Virus record (IMG/VR): IMGVR_UViG_3300036766_001076
Location: 1 to 63,197 of that record
Reading direction: 5' to 3' (one strand)
Origin: a virus
Lineage: Duplodnaviria > Caudoviricetes
Length of the DNA stretch: 63,197 nucleotides
The notes below the pieces were generated by a model. It ran no database searches. It was given only the letters and a program-made list of their open reading frames with translations, and was not told the DNA's origin. Both the position numbers and the translations under genes were made by a program. Below, piece by piece: positions 25,954-34,850 of this stretch (the stretch's first letter is position 1; the number at the start of each line of letters is the position of its first letter).

Positions 25954-26402
25954 GCCCCTACGCACAGGACACCAATGTCTCAATTGCGCGATCCAAACAA
26001 GAGATCGAGTCCATGCTCAAATTGCGCGGGGCGTCTCAATTTGCCTCGGGCTGGGACGAGACCGGCGGCGAGCGGATCCAGTTCTGTCTGAACAAGGTCA
26101 CGATCCGGTTCACGCTGCCACCGATGGCGCCGGAGAGCTACGGCATCTCCAAGGCCGGACGACAACGCAACGCCGAAAAGTCCGCAAAGGCCAAGGGTCA
26201 GCTCGAACGGTCTCGCTGGCGTCAGCTCTACTTAGTCATCAAGGCCAAGCTGGAAGCCGTGGACGCTGGGATCTCGATCTACGAGGAAGAGTTCAGGGCG
26301 TTCGTCGTTATGGCGAACGGGCAGACAATTGGGAGTGTGCTCACATCGAGAATCCAAGGTGGCGGGAGGCTCGCGCTCGGGGACGGCAAGGACAGTGGCT
26401 GA
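25950..26402 (+). CDS. Conserved phage hypothetical protein
   Basis: SKQEIESML...GA...WRQLYLVIKAKLEAVDAGI...EEEF. Confidence 0.75.
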   Translation: MSPYAQDTNVSIARSKQEIESMLKLRGASQFASGWDETGGERIQFCLNKVTIRFTLPPMAPESYGISKAGRQRNAEKSAKAKGQLERSRWRQLYLVIKAKLEAVDAGISIYEEEFRAFVVMANGQTIGSVLTSRIQGGGRLALGDGKDSG

Positions 26403-26639
26403 TCTCCTCCCTCCTCCCTGCCCGATGCGCGGCGCGCGGCTGACGACCGCCCCGTGCGGATGTACCTACTACGCCGAGCCGCTCCTTGCCTACTTGGAGT
26501 TCCGGGCGAAGGGACTCCAGCTCCCGCCGACGACCTACTGCAAGGAACATGATTCACGCGCGCTGGCTGGGTCCGTTGAGCGAGCGCGGGAGATTCTGAG
26601 GACGCACGCGGACGGGAGTCACACTGGCTGAAAGGGAGG

Positions 26640-26867
26640 ATGAAGCAAATGATCAGCGCAGATTACGACACCCTAATGAGACAGGCCCCCATGACAGTAC
26701 AGGGGTACCTGCTCGCGGCGATTAAGTACATTGACGGAGCCTTGGGAAAGGGTTACGCGCACGCACATCCCGAATTACTCGCGGCGTGCGTATCGGCGTC
26801 GGCAGCGGACTTTCACACGTCGATGGTCTGCAAGACACAAGAGGCCACGGCAACGACGGATGACTAA
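26640..26867 (+). CDS. Hypothetical protein
   Basis: GGAGG RBS; GYAHAHPELLAA. Confidence 0.65.
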   Translation: MKQMISADYDTLMRQAPMTVQGYLLAAIKYIDGALGKGYAHAHPELLAACVSASAADFHTSMVCKTQEATATTDD

Positions 26868-27138
26868 GGATCTCCCCTTCCGCGACGACCCCGCGCAGGC
26901 GAACTCGCAGCTCCCGGTGGCAACCCGGCCGTGGGAGAAGATGGTACAGAAGATCAAAGGCATGCTCGTCGGCGTGGAGTACGAATATGCCGGGGGTACC
27001 CTCCGTGGGATTCTCGCGTCAGTCGAGCGGACCAGGATCGTGACCGACGGCCAAGAGCGCGCGGTCGGGAATATCGCGGACAATCCCAGTCGGGACGGGA
27101 GTGCGGGGAGACGATCTCAGCGGTGGTACGGAGGCTAG
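26860..27138 (+). CDS. Hypothetical protein starting MTKDLPFRDD
   Basis: ATG at 26860 overlaps the upstream gene. Confidence 0.6.
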   Translation: MTKDLPFRDDPAQANSQLPVATRPWEKMVQKIKGMLVGVEYEYAGGTLRGILASVERTRIVTDGQERAVGNIADNPSRDGSAGRRSQRWYGG

Positions 27139-27444
27139 ATGCTTCCGAAACTCCAGAAACCTCTCCCGCCACTTACACTCTCCTCCTACTATCCGAATGT
27201 GTACCTTCGGATGGAATGGTACGAAACCTATTGGCGTCCGCTGCGCGGCGGTCCGTGGGAACTGCACGATGCCCTAGATCATGTAGACGAGCCTATGTGG
27301 GAAGCGATGCAGGAGACATTCAACTGCGGTGGTGTGATCAACCTCATGAACCGGGCGACGATACGTACGGGTCCGATGTGGTCAAACCGGCGGCACCAGA
27401 CAACTCATGCATCTATGCGCGTCCGCTACGGCCATGCTACCTAA
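27139..27444 (+). CDS. Hypothetical protein starting MLPKLQKP
   Basis: GGAGG RBS; ORF. Confidence 0.6.
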   Translation: MLPKLQKPLPPLTLSSYYPNVYLRMEWYETYWRPLRGGPWELHDALDHVDEPMWEAMQETFNCGGVINLMNRATIRTGPMWSNRRHQTTHASMRVRYGHAT

Positions 27445-27904
27445 GCTCCAAAAACCGCGCGGTCAGCGCTTTCAGGGCAGGACGTACTGTGTCAATCGCC
27501 GTATGCTGCGCGATCTGTACGCTTCTGGTTTAAGTACACGACAGGTAGCCGCACAGATGGGCTGTCGTGAGACAATAGTATGTAAGGTTTGCAAAGACAT
27601 TATTCGGGACAAAAGCAGCGCCGCGCGTCTCCGTCGACCACCTACGAGTAAGCATTGGCGGTCTGCTCGCCAACAAGCCCGTCGAAAGATGGAACGACAT
27701 CTCGGACGCAGACTGTGCCGAGAGGAACACGTACATCACAGGAACGGTAACTATACTGATCAGAGATTAGAAAATCTGGTGGTTGTCTCTGCGGCTGATC
27801 ATGCACGCATTCACCATCCAGCAAATCCAATTCCCCGACATCTTCGTCCGGAGCGGCAAGCGTACATGAAGAAGTACCTTGTCAATTACCGTCGTGCTTC
27901 CTAA
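27434..27904 (+). CDS. HNH homing endonuclease with N-terminal HTH
   Basis: MERHLGRRL...HVHHRNGNYTDQRLENL...HARIH; lower GC. Confidence 0.88.
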   Translation: MLPKLQKPRGQRFQGRTYCVNRRMLRDLYASGLSTRQVAAQMGCRETIVCKVCKDIIRDKSSAARLRRPPTSKHWRSARQQARRKMERHLGRRLCREEHVHHRNGNYTDQRLENLVVVSAADHARIHHPANPIPRHLRPERQAYMKKYLVNYRRAS

Positions 27905-30900
27905 GTATACGAAGCCGACGCACGGACCCAATGGCGGTCTGGGTTGTACCAATTGCGATCTCCACAAGGCCGGGTTCGGCTTCGTGCCCGCGTCCGGTCC
28001 CGCGACTGCGCCGCTCCTCTTCATAGGAGAATCTTCCGGATACCATGAGGCCATCGAAGGCATCCCCTTCATCGGCGCTGCAGGCGGGCTCTTCGGCCGG
28101 ATCCTCCGGCGCTCCTCCCTCGAACGGGACAATGTTCGGGTACACAATTGCCTATCTTGCCGTCCGCCCGAGGACTGGCTCGAAGGCGCCCCGTGGGAAT
28201 TCTCGGCGATCAACCACTGTTCTCAGTACCTCTCGGAGACCTTGAATGAACCCCATAAAGTCGTTGTTACGTTGGGCGGGACGGCGCTCAGAACGGTCCT
28301 CGGACTCCAAGGGTACTCAGGCGTCCGTGTCCAAGATTTTCACGGAACTGTACATCGAGATCCCGCCGATCGATTCTGGGTCATTCCGACATTCCATCCA
28401 TCTCACCTCCAACGAGGGGCGCTTAACCTGCTCGATGTGGTGCGGTTCGACCTCAGCATTGCTCAGCGTCTCGTCCGAGACGGCGGAATTACTCGGCGGC
28501 CGGTGTCCGTGCTGCAAGACCCGCCTGTGGACTTCTTCGCTGCCTGGGTCGAACGCTATCTGGCTGCGTCCTCCGTTGATCCCGACGCCGTCCCCCTCGC
28601 CGTCGACATCGAAACCAACGACAAGGCCGGTGGCCGCGACGAAGGTGAACTCACCGCCGATGACACCTCCACCGAAATCACCCGCTGGAACTTTTCCTGC
28701 AACCCGGATGAAGGGATCACGGTCCCGGACCATGAAGCCTACCGGCCGCTGATTGCCAAACTCCTCGCAGCGCCAGGAGTGAAGTACCTCTGGAACAAGT
28801 GGTACGACCGGAGCAGGATTCTCCTGCACGGCTATCAGGTCGGCGGCGAATGGCTCGACCTCATGTGGGCGGCCAAGCACCGGCAGAGCGACCTGCCTCT
28901 CGGGTTGGGGTTCTGGGCACCGTTCTACTCTGACTACGGCGCGTGGAAGCACCTCGGGAAGCTCCAAGGTAGAGAAGCAGAATATGCCGCTGTGGACGGG
29001 CTACAGACCCGCCGGGTAGGCGATGGGCTGGTTGGAGAACTCGTGCAGCGCGGGCTGTGGGACGCCTTTTACCGGCACAATCACGAACTGGAGCAGGAAG
29101 TGCTCCGGCCCGCGTACGACGTAGGGGTACTCGTAGACAAGGATCGGCTGAACGCATTTCATACCAAGCTCGATAGAATTGCGGGAGAGAAACTTGAGGA
29201 ACTCAAAAAAGCCGAAGCCGCCGGGAGTCTCCGGCCGAAGAATGGCTATGCCAAGAAACCGAAAGGCGATCCGCCCATCCCGCCGGCCAGCATCCTCGGG
29301 AAGAAGAAAGGGAAGGAGCGCACATCGAAGGACGAGTACGTCGAATCCGGCGTGCACCTCGTGGATAGACCCCTCGACGTGGGAGTTCGTGTCTGTCGGA
29401 CGTGCGGGGCAGTTGAGGTCGGTCCTAAGCATGACTGTTTGCGGGCGGCCCGCAAGAGGGACGTTGAAGGCGCTGGCGGATCTCGTCCTCTACCTGATAT
29501 CGCAACCGAAGTTCGGACGGTTCGTCGGTGGTTCTGGTCTCTCCCCTTCAACCCCGACTCCCCCCAACAAATCCTCCGGTACATAAAAGAGACCGGCTCC
29601 CAGCCCGGCCGCGCCAAGAAAACGCGCAAGGACACGACCGACAAGAAAACCCTGCGTAAACTCGCCGCGCAAACAGGCGATCTGATCTACTCGACCATCT
29701 TGGATTACAAGGCGGTCAAGAAGGTCGACTCGACCTACGCGCTCGGCTCTTTGAGGAGGATCTGGGCAGATGGCCGCTTACATCCGCAGTACACGTTCAG
29801 GCCGAGTACGTTCCGCCTCAGCTACATCAACCCGAACATTACGAATGTCGTCGCCGACAAAGACGGCAAAGAGTCCTTGGCGGCCGGTTTCCGGGCCTGT
29901 ATCGTTGCAGCTCCCGGGTGTCGGTTGCTTGAGGTCGACTACCGCGGCGTCGAGGCAGTCGAAACAGGATGGTGTTGTGGAGATCCTGATTACGTTCGGC
30001 TTGCCTCGCTCGGCGTCCACGCCTTCGTTACGTCATTCGTCATTGGGAAACCGGCCTCGCTGAGTTGGTCAGACGATGACTTGGCGATGTACTTCGCCGA
30101 CATCAAGAAGCACTATCCGCTGGAATACGATCGCTGCAAGCGCACCGTCCACGGGAAGAACTACGGATTGACCATCTACGGCATGGTGGAGAACTTTCCG
30201 GAGACCTATCCGAGCCTGAAGATCGCGCAGCAGTACGAGGATCTCTATTACCAGGTCGCCACTAAACTCTCACCGTGGCACAAGATGCTTCGGGACCGCG
30301 CCCACGAGCACGGGTTTCTCGGCGGACCGCCCTCAGCGAACTACGGTCAGCTCATCTCCTCCGGGCAACATCATCCGTTTGGGTACCAACACTGGTTCTG
30401 GGGCGTGCTGGCCTACCAGCCAATCTCCGCTGCGGAGCTGCACCACATGAAGCGGCAGGGGAGATCGAACTGGTGTTTGATCCAAGGCAGGCCGTTCAAG
30501 GTGAAGTACGGCGAGGATTCAAAACGTTGCATCGCGTTTTTTCCACAGAGCACGGCGGCCGGCGTCCTCAAGGAAGCCATGCTTCGGTTGTTCCACCGGG
30601 AGTCCCCGTCCTACATTGGAGACGCCTACTACGGTAGAACTCCACTCCGTGCGCCGATTCATGACTCGTTGCTGTTGGAGATTCCAGACGCTAAGTTTGA
30701 CTTGGTAGCGTCGATCATTATCAACGAGATGCAACGGCCGATTCTGGAGCAGCCGATCCCGCCGGAGTGGGGCAGGGGCACGCACCTCGCGGTAGGGGTT
30801 GCGGCCAAGACCGGCCGAGACTGGGAGGCGATGGAGGATCTGGCGGTACCTAAAGTACTGTACGTACCGACCGAGAGTACAGAGTACTTAGGTGAGTGTG

Positions 30901-30944
30901 CGGAAGACGAGGAAGAGATTCAAGCGTTGGAGCGGAGGGTGTAA
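27894..30944 (+). CDS. polA: DNA polymerase family A with N-terminal family-4 UDG domain and 3'-5' exonuclease
   Basis: UDG: CTNC, GESSG, PFIGAAG, HPSHLQR; Exo: DIET, NKWYD, YAAVD; Pol: DYRGVE, KRTVHGKNYG, IHDS. Confidence 0.93.
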   Translation: MLPKYTKPTHGPNGGLGCTNCDLHKAGFGFVPASGPATAPLLFIGESSGYHEAIEGIPFIGAAGGLFGRILRRSSLERDNVRVHNCLSCRPPEDWLEGAPWEFSAINHCSQYLSETLNEPHKVVVTLGGTALRTVLGLQGYSGVRVQDFHGTVHRDPADRFWVIPTFHPSHLQRGALNLLDVVRFDLSIAQRLVRDGGITRRPVSVLQDPPVDFFAAWVERYLAASSVDPDAVPLAVDIETNDKAGGRDEGELTADDTSTEITRWNFSCNPDEGITVPDHEAYRPLIAKLLAAPGVKYLWNKWYDRSRILLHGYQVGGEWLDLMWAAKHRQSDLPLGLGFWAPFYSDYGAWKHLGKLQGREAEYAAVDGLQTRRVGDGLVGELVQRGLWDAFYRHNHELEQEVLRPAYDVGVLVDKDRLNAFHTKLDRIAGEKLEELKKAEAAGSLRPKNGYAKKPKGDPPIPPASILGKKKGKERTSKDEYVESGVHLVDRPLDVGVRVCRTCGAVEVGPKHDCLRAARKRDVEGAGGSRPLPDIATEVRTVRRWFWSLPFNPDSPQQILRYIKETGSQPGRAKKTRKDTTDKKTLRKLAAQTGDLIYSTILDYKAVKKVDSTYALGSLRRIWADGRLHPQYTFRPSTFRLSYINPNITNVVADKDGKESLAAGFRACIVAAPGCRLLEVDYRGVEAVETGWCCGDPDYVRLASLGVHAFVTSFVIGKPASLSWSDDDLAMYFADIKKHYPLEYDRCKRTVHGKNYGLTIYGMVENFPETYPSLKIAQQYEDLYYQVATKLSPWHKMLRDRAHEHGFLGGPPSANYGQLISSGQHHPFGYQHWFWGVLAYQPISAAELHHMKRQGRSNWCLIQGRPFKVKYGEDSKRCIAFFPQSTAAGVLKEAMLRLFHRESPSYIGDAYYGRTPLRAPIHDSLLLEIPDAKFDLVASIIINEMQRPILEQPIPPEWGRGTHLAVGVAAKTGRDWEAMEDLAVPKVLYVPTESTEYLGECAEDEEEIQALERRV

Positions 30945-31033
30945 TGACGAAGGAGAAGCTGCAGAACGTCGGCGAACGACAACTCGACTTCGGACTCTTC
31001 ACGCAAGAGTGCGAAGGCATGTGCGGAGTCTAG
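30944..31033 (+). pseudogene. 29-aa remnant resembling the C-terminus of phage PAPS-reductase-like proteins
   Basis: ...QLDFGLFTQECEGMCGV*. Confidence 0.5.
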
Positions 31034-31039
31034 CCAGTT

Positions 31040-31468
31040 ATGCGGCCTCCTATTTGGTGGCTGACGAAGGACGGGGACCGTGACTGCCTTGCGCTCTACA
31101 ACCGGCACTACTCGCGCCGGCGATACGCAGACGGGCGAGTGCCAACCTTGTTCATCGGGCCGGGGGAAAAGGTCGTCCTCCGCACAGCGGACGGCCTCGC
31201 CTGTTTCGCGTGGCGCAAGTTCAAAGACGACAGCGGACAGACCGGCATCAACTGCGCCGTCTTCCGTAACGAGACGGCACATCGAAGCTCGGAACTCATT
31301 CGACAAGCGGACGCGATTGCTGATTGCCTCTGGCCTCATAGTCGGCACTACACCTACGTCAACGCGAAAAAGGTCCGGTCAACGAACCCTGGATTTTGCT
31401 TCATCGCTGCCGGATGGCGACGATGCGGAGTAACCAAGAGCGGACTGCTCATTTTGGAGCGGCCGTGA
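31040..31468 (+). CDS. Mom-like/GNAT-fold putative DNA-modification protein
   Basis: RHYS, GPGEKVVL, CAVFRNE, TYV...NPGFCFIAAGW. Confidence 0.6.
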   Translation: MRPPIWWLTKDGDRDCLALYNRHYSRRRYADGRVPTLFIGPGEKVVLRTADGLACFAWRKFKDDSGQTGINCAVFRNETAHRSSELIRQADAIADCLWPHSRHYTYVNAKKVRSTNPGFCFIAAGWRRCGVTKSGLLILERP

Positions 31469-31478
31469 GAATAGACAG

Positions 31479-32014
31479 AGGGAGTCATGTATATAGGTAT
31501 GAACACTCAACTGGTTGTAGGACAGCATGTTGTACTAGAGTCCAGTCAGGGCCGGATTCAGCGCGTGGTGGTCGAGGACATGGGAGAGATCGTCCTGGTG
31601 ACACGCGAGGAGGAGTATAGGACCGCGAAAATGGCAGGAAATCAGCCCGTTTCTATAGGTTTTCGGCGCGCGGACATCATCGATACCGAATAGACTTGAC
31701 GTGGCGGTAGTGCTCAAGCATTGCGCTCAATACGCGCCTCGCACATCGGTGGATCATCGTGGCTGGACTGGACGGGTTCGAAGTTCACGAGCACACAACG
31801 TCAAAATTCACACGCTCGGCCGGCTCGATTCCTTCGTAGACGGGATGGCCGACAAGCACCTGACGTACGCGAGGTTGACCGCATGAAGGCCAAGCCTCCG
31901 AAGGTGCTCGATTCGATTGTCGACCTCGTGCTGGCCTATCGGCCGAAGCCGAAGAGCAAGCCCGCACGACGACGGAAGCGGCGAGCAGCGAAGCTGGCGA
32001 AGCATGGAGGCTGA
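31479..32014 (+). mobile_element. Degenerate IS1595-family remnant
   Basis: 31790-31886 encodes NVKIHTLGRLDSFVDGMADKHLTYARLTA (transposase C-terminus like), followed by a small basic ORF at 31883-32014; IR-like GGGAGTCATGTATATA at 31480; family recalled, not searched. Confidence 0.5.
31487..31693 (+). CDS. Small hypothetical protein
   Basis: ORF after AGGGAG. Confidence 0.55.
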   Translation: MYIGMNTQLVVGQHVVLESSQGRIQRVVVEDMGEIVLVTREEEYRTAKMAGNQPVSIGFRRADIIDTE

Positions 32015-32591
32015 AAGCGTTGAACTGCTCGGGGACGCTCGTAGGTTGGCTATCCAGACCATTCGAGCAAGGCATTACAGCCAGTCTGTTCCGTCTGGAA
32101 AATCGCACTACTACCAGCACGGAACTGCTCTGGTTGTGTTCTCGATACCGGCGAATCAATTCGTCGGTCGGTTTCTGTTTGGGCGCCCGCGTGTGGTATG
32201 GGAATTGAGCCGTCTGTGGGCACCAGACGGCCACGAGCGCAATCTGTTGACGCGGGCGATCTCCTGCTCCGTGAAAGCCTTCAAGCAGCACGAGCGCGGC
32301 GTCTGGGCATTGGTGTCCTACGCAGATCCGAACGTCGGCCATTCCGGTTTTGTCTACCGGGCGGCGTCCTGGCTGGCGTGCGGACAGGTTGAAGAATCTC
32401 GGTACTACCGATCCGTCGCGACCGGAACCGTTGTGAGTCGTCGCAAGTTTCATTCTGGCGGAACCTCTATGACGAAAGCGCAGATCCTCGCGTTGGGCTA
32501 CACGGAAACAAAACAACCCGGTCGCTACCGTTACTGCCTGCCGTTGACATCCACGGCTCGGCGCGAGTTCCTGCGAAAATGGTCGGCGTAG
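32004..32591 (+). CDS. Mom-family adenine-modification (GNAT-fold) protein
   Basis: RHYS, WELSRLW, LVSYADPNVGHSGFVYRAASW, YRY. Confidence 0.82.
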   Translation: MEAESVELLGDARRLAIQTIRARHYSQSVPSGKSHYYQHGTALVVFSIPANQFVGRFLFGRPRVVWELSRLWAPDGHERNLLTRAISCSVKAFKQHERGVWALVSYADPNVGHSGFVYRAASWLACGQVEESRYYRSVATGTVVSRRKFHSGGTSMTKAQILALGYTETKQPGRYRYCLPLTSTARREFLRKWSA

Positions 32592-32715
32592 CTCATTGGA
32601 CTGAGCGTGCTCGCAGCCGTCCGGGCTCAGGGCGAGGAAGCGCCTCACTGCTACGACTGCAAGCGCCCGGTGACGTGGGAATTTGTTCGGGTGAAGCGAC
32701 GGCCGATCGGATTCG

Positions 32716-33135
32716 TTACTTTGTAGGCTTTTCGTTCGTTCGGTTGATGAACTGCTGGATCGCGTCGGCACGATAGCCGAACAGCAGCCCGCCGATCCAC
32801 GCGCGGTCAACGTCGGGGAGTTCTGCACGGTCGAGGAAGTCGAGCGCGTCGAGCACCCATCCTTCCCGATAGAACCCATATCGCACTCGATTGCCGATCG
32901 TCGTCCGCGTCCAGACGCGCACGTTGTCGGCGTGGCCCGCGAGCTTCATGCACTCACGGAGATCATCTTCGAGCGCGGCGGTCGACGTGACTTTCTGACA
33001 GCCAACTTCTACAACAGGTTTCTCTGAACGCGCGATGATTTCTGCGGCGAGGATTGCGCGACCGATCTCGTACTCCGTGAGGACGGCTGGAGTCCAACCG
33101 GCTTCTGCTTGTGGCTTCCGCGCTGGCTGCCCCAT
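32716..33135 (-). CDS. Hypothetical protein
   Basis: ORF ending WIGGLLFGYRADAIQQFI. Confidence 0.6.
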   Translation of the reverse strand: MGQPARKPQAEAGWTPAVLTEYEIGRAILAAEIIARSEKPVVEVGCQKVTSTAALEDDLRECMKLAGHADNVRVWTRTTIGNRVRYGFYREGWVLDALDFLDRAELPDVDRAWIGGLLFGYRADAIQQFINRTNEKPTK

Positions 33136-33277
33136 GGAATTGCGGAAGCGTACGCGAAGTGCGCACGTGCAGTCAAGCCGTGGTCAACCGCGTGCAGACA
33201 CGCGCGAACTTGCCGCGAAAATGCGTGCGTCCACACAGCAACTTGGGCCAGTCGTGGAGGCGAAGTAGATAGATTCG

Positions 33278-33286
33278 TGGTACAAT
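33278..33286 (+). promoter_or_regulatory. Extended -10 promoter
   Basis: TGGTACAAT upstream of ATG 33301. Confidence 0.5.
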
Positions 33287-33300
33287 AGACGAAAATAGAC

Positions 33301-33528
33301 ATGCGAGGACCAGCTTATCAACTGCGTGGCAGTACGACCTATCGCGCGCTTGGCGTTGTACGTCGCTGCCGGAAGCCCTACACGGCAACGGACATCGCAC
33401 GGAAGATTCACGCTGCGCCGTCTACCGTCGCAAGCGTGCTCAAGAAGGCGTGCGACAAGGGTTTGATTTCTCGATGCATGAGCACGTCGGATTTTCGCAA
33501 CGTTCCGGTGTGGAGATACATGCGATGA
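33301..33528 (+). CDS. Small wHTH protein
   Basis: TATDIARKIHAAPSTVASVLKK...KGLI. Confidence 0.65.
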   Translation: MRGPAYQLRGSTTYRALGVVRRCRKPYTATDIARKIHAAPSTVASVLKKACDKGLISRCMSTSDFRNVPVWRYMR

Positions 33529-33598
33529 CTGGCGAAATAAGCTGATCGCGATACTTGAGGCGCATCACACTCGGGGCTGAGAGGAGACGAGCGGCGAG

Positions 33599-33880
33599 AT
33601 GACTGACCTAATCAACTGTCGAAAATGTGGAGCTGAGCCCGGACCAGTCTTCGGCCTGTGTGCGGCATGTGTTCAAGCGGATGATGCAGAGGGGGCCGCT
33701 CCCGTGTCCGAGCGCCCCGCCGAATTACCGCCGTTGGACATTCCCGATCCGTGTCCGACTTGTCAGCGGCCGACTCGATACACCGTCAACACGTCAGTGT
33801 TTGAAATCTGCTTCACCTGCGGCCAAGCATTTCCGGCGGCGGTGCCGGTGCCCGTGTCCACCCCGACGCCCTATGGGTGA
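33599..33880 (+). CDS. Small Zn-finger protein
   Basis: Four CxxC pairs. Confidence 0.55.
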   Translation: MTDLINCRKCGAEPGPVFGLCAACVQADDAEGAAPVSERPAELPPLDIPDPCPTCQRPTRYTVNTSVFEICFTCGQAFPAAVPVPVSTPTPYG

Positions 33881-34067
33881 CTTGATCTTCTACAGTGCCG
33901 GCGGAGCCGCCCCCCGCGAATCTCCTTGCGGTTCTCCTGACGGCTCCTCCGTTGGTGCCGGAGGCGTCTCGGTCTCCTCCACGGTCTTCATCTGTGCATT
34001 CCATTCCTTCCACCGGTCAATCTTTTGTACCGCCGCCGGAGACTCTCCTTAAAGGCATACACCGTGC

Positions 34068-34850
34068 TCAGATCGTCGGCGGCGGCGATCCGCGCAGGGA
34101 CCACCGAGGCGGCGCAGTACCGACGGTGCGGAGACTGTGCGGAATTTGATCGGCAAGGTGTGTGGTCCACGTCTCCAACGGCGTCACGTCCGGCGACGTC
34201 CCCACGAGTTCGGTCAGGTACTCAAATGCGCTTTTCCCCGTGGCTGCCTCTTTGGGCGGGAGTTGTGGAACGGCGCGGATCTTCGGATTGTGTACCGTCG
34301 CCTGCCAATCGGGGGTGATGACCAGCAACCCGCCGTGTTTCACGGGATTCTCGGCATGGAAGACCGCAGGGTCCAGGTCCATGCCACGGCCTGCGGCAAG
34401 CCCGAGGAGTGCCTGGATGTTTCGGCCGTGTGTGACAAGGACATGCGTGTGGGGAGAGGTAATCATGCCGTGGACTGCGGGAACAAAGCGATCCAAGTAC
34501 GTATGCAGGGATTCTCCACGCGGGGCTGGGTGATCAGGGGTGGTGAGGAGACGCGCGATCGCCGCCTGCTGGGTGGCGGGTGGGGGTCCGTCATGATCTC
34601 CGAGGTTCCACGGACGAAAGGCGGCGGCCGGTTCTACCGGGAGTCCGAGGACGGCCGCAATCGGGGCGGCAGATTGTTGCGATCGCGCAAAATCGGAACT
34701 GTGGAGATGATCGACGGCCGTGTACCCGCGAAACTCCTCAGCGGCGTTGGTCGCTTCCCCACGTCCGAGAGGGGTCAGCGGGAGATCCGCATAGGCCCGT
34801 GTCGCGGACTGGTTCAGGGCCGTACGGCCGTGGCGCACGGCAATGAGCAT
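34068..34850 (-). CDS. Histidine phosphatase (phosphoglycerate mutase family)
   Basis: VRHGRT, SSDFARS, GES, VTHG. Confidence 0.88.
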   Translation of the reverse strand: MLIAVRHGRTALNQSATRAYADLPLTPLGRGEATNAAEEFRGYTAVDHLHSSDFARSQQSAAPIAAVLGLPVEPAAAFRPWNLGDHDGPPPATQQAAIARLLTTPDHPAPRGESLHTYLDRFVPAVHGMITSPHTHVLVTHGRNIQALLGLAAGRGMDLDPAVFHAENPVKHGGLLVITPDWQATVHNPKIRAVPQLPPKEAATGKSAFEYLTELVGTSPDVTPLETWTTHLADQIPHSLRTVGTAPPRWSLRGSPPPTI

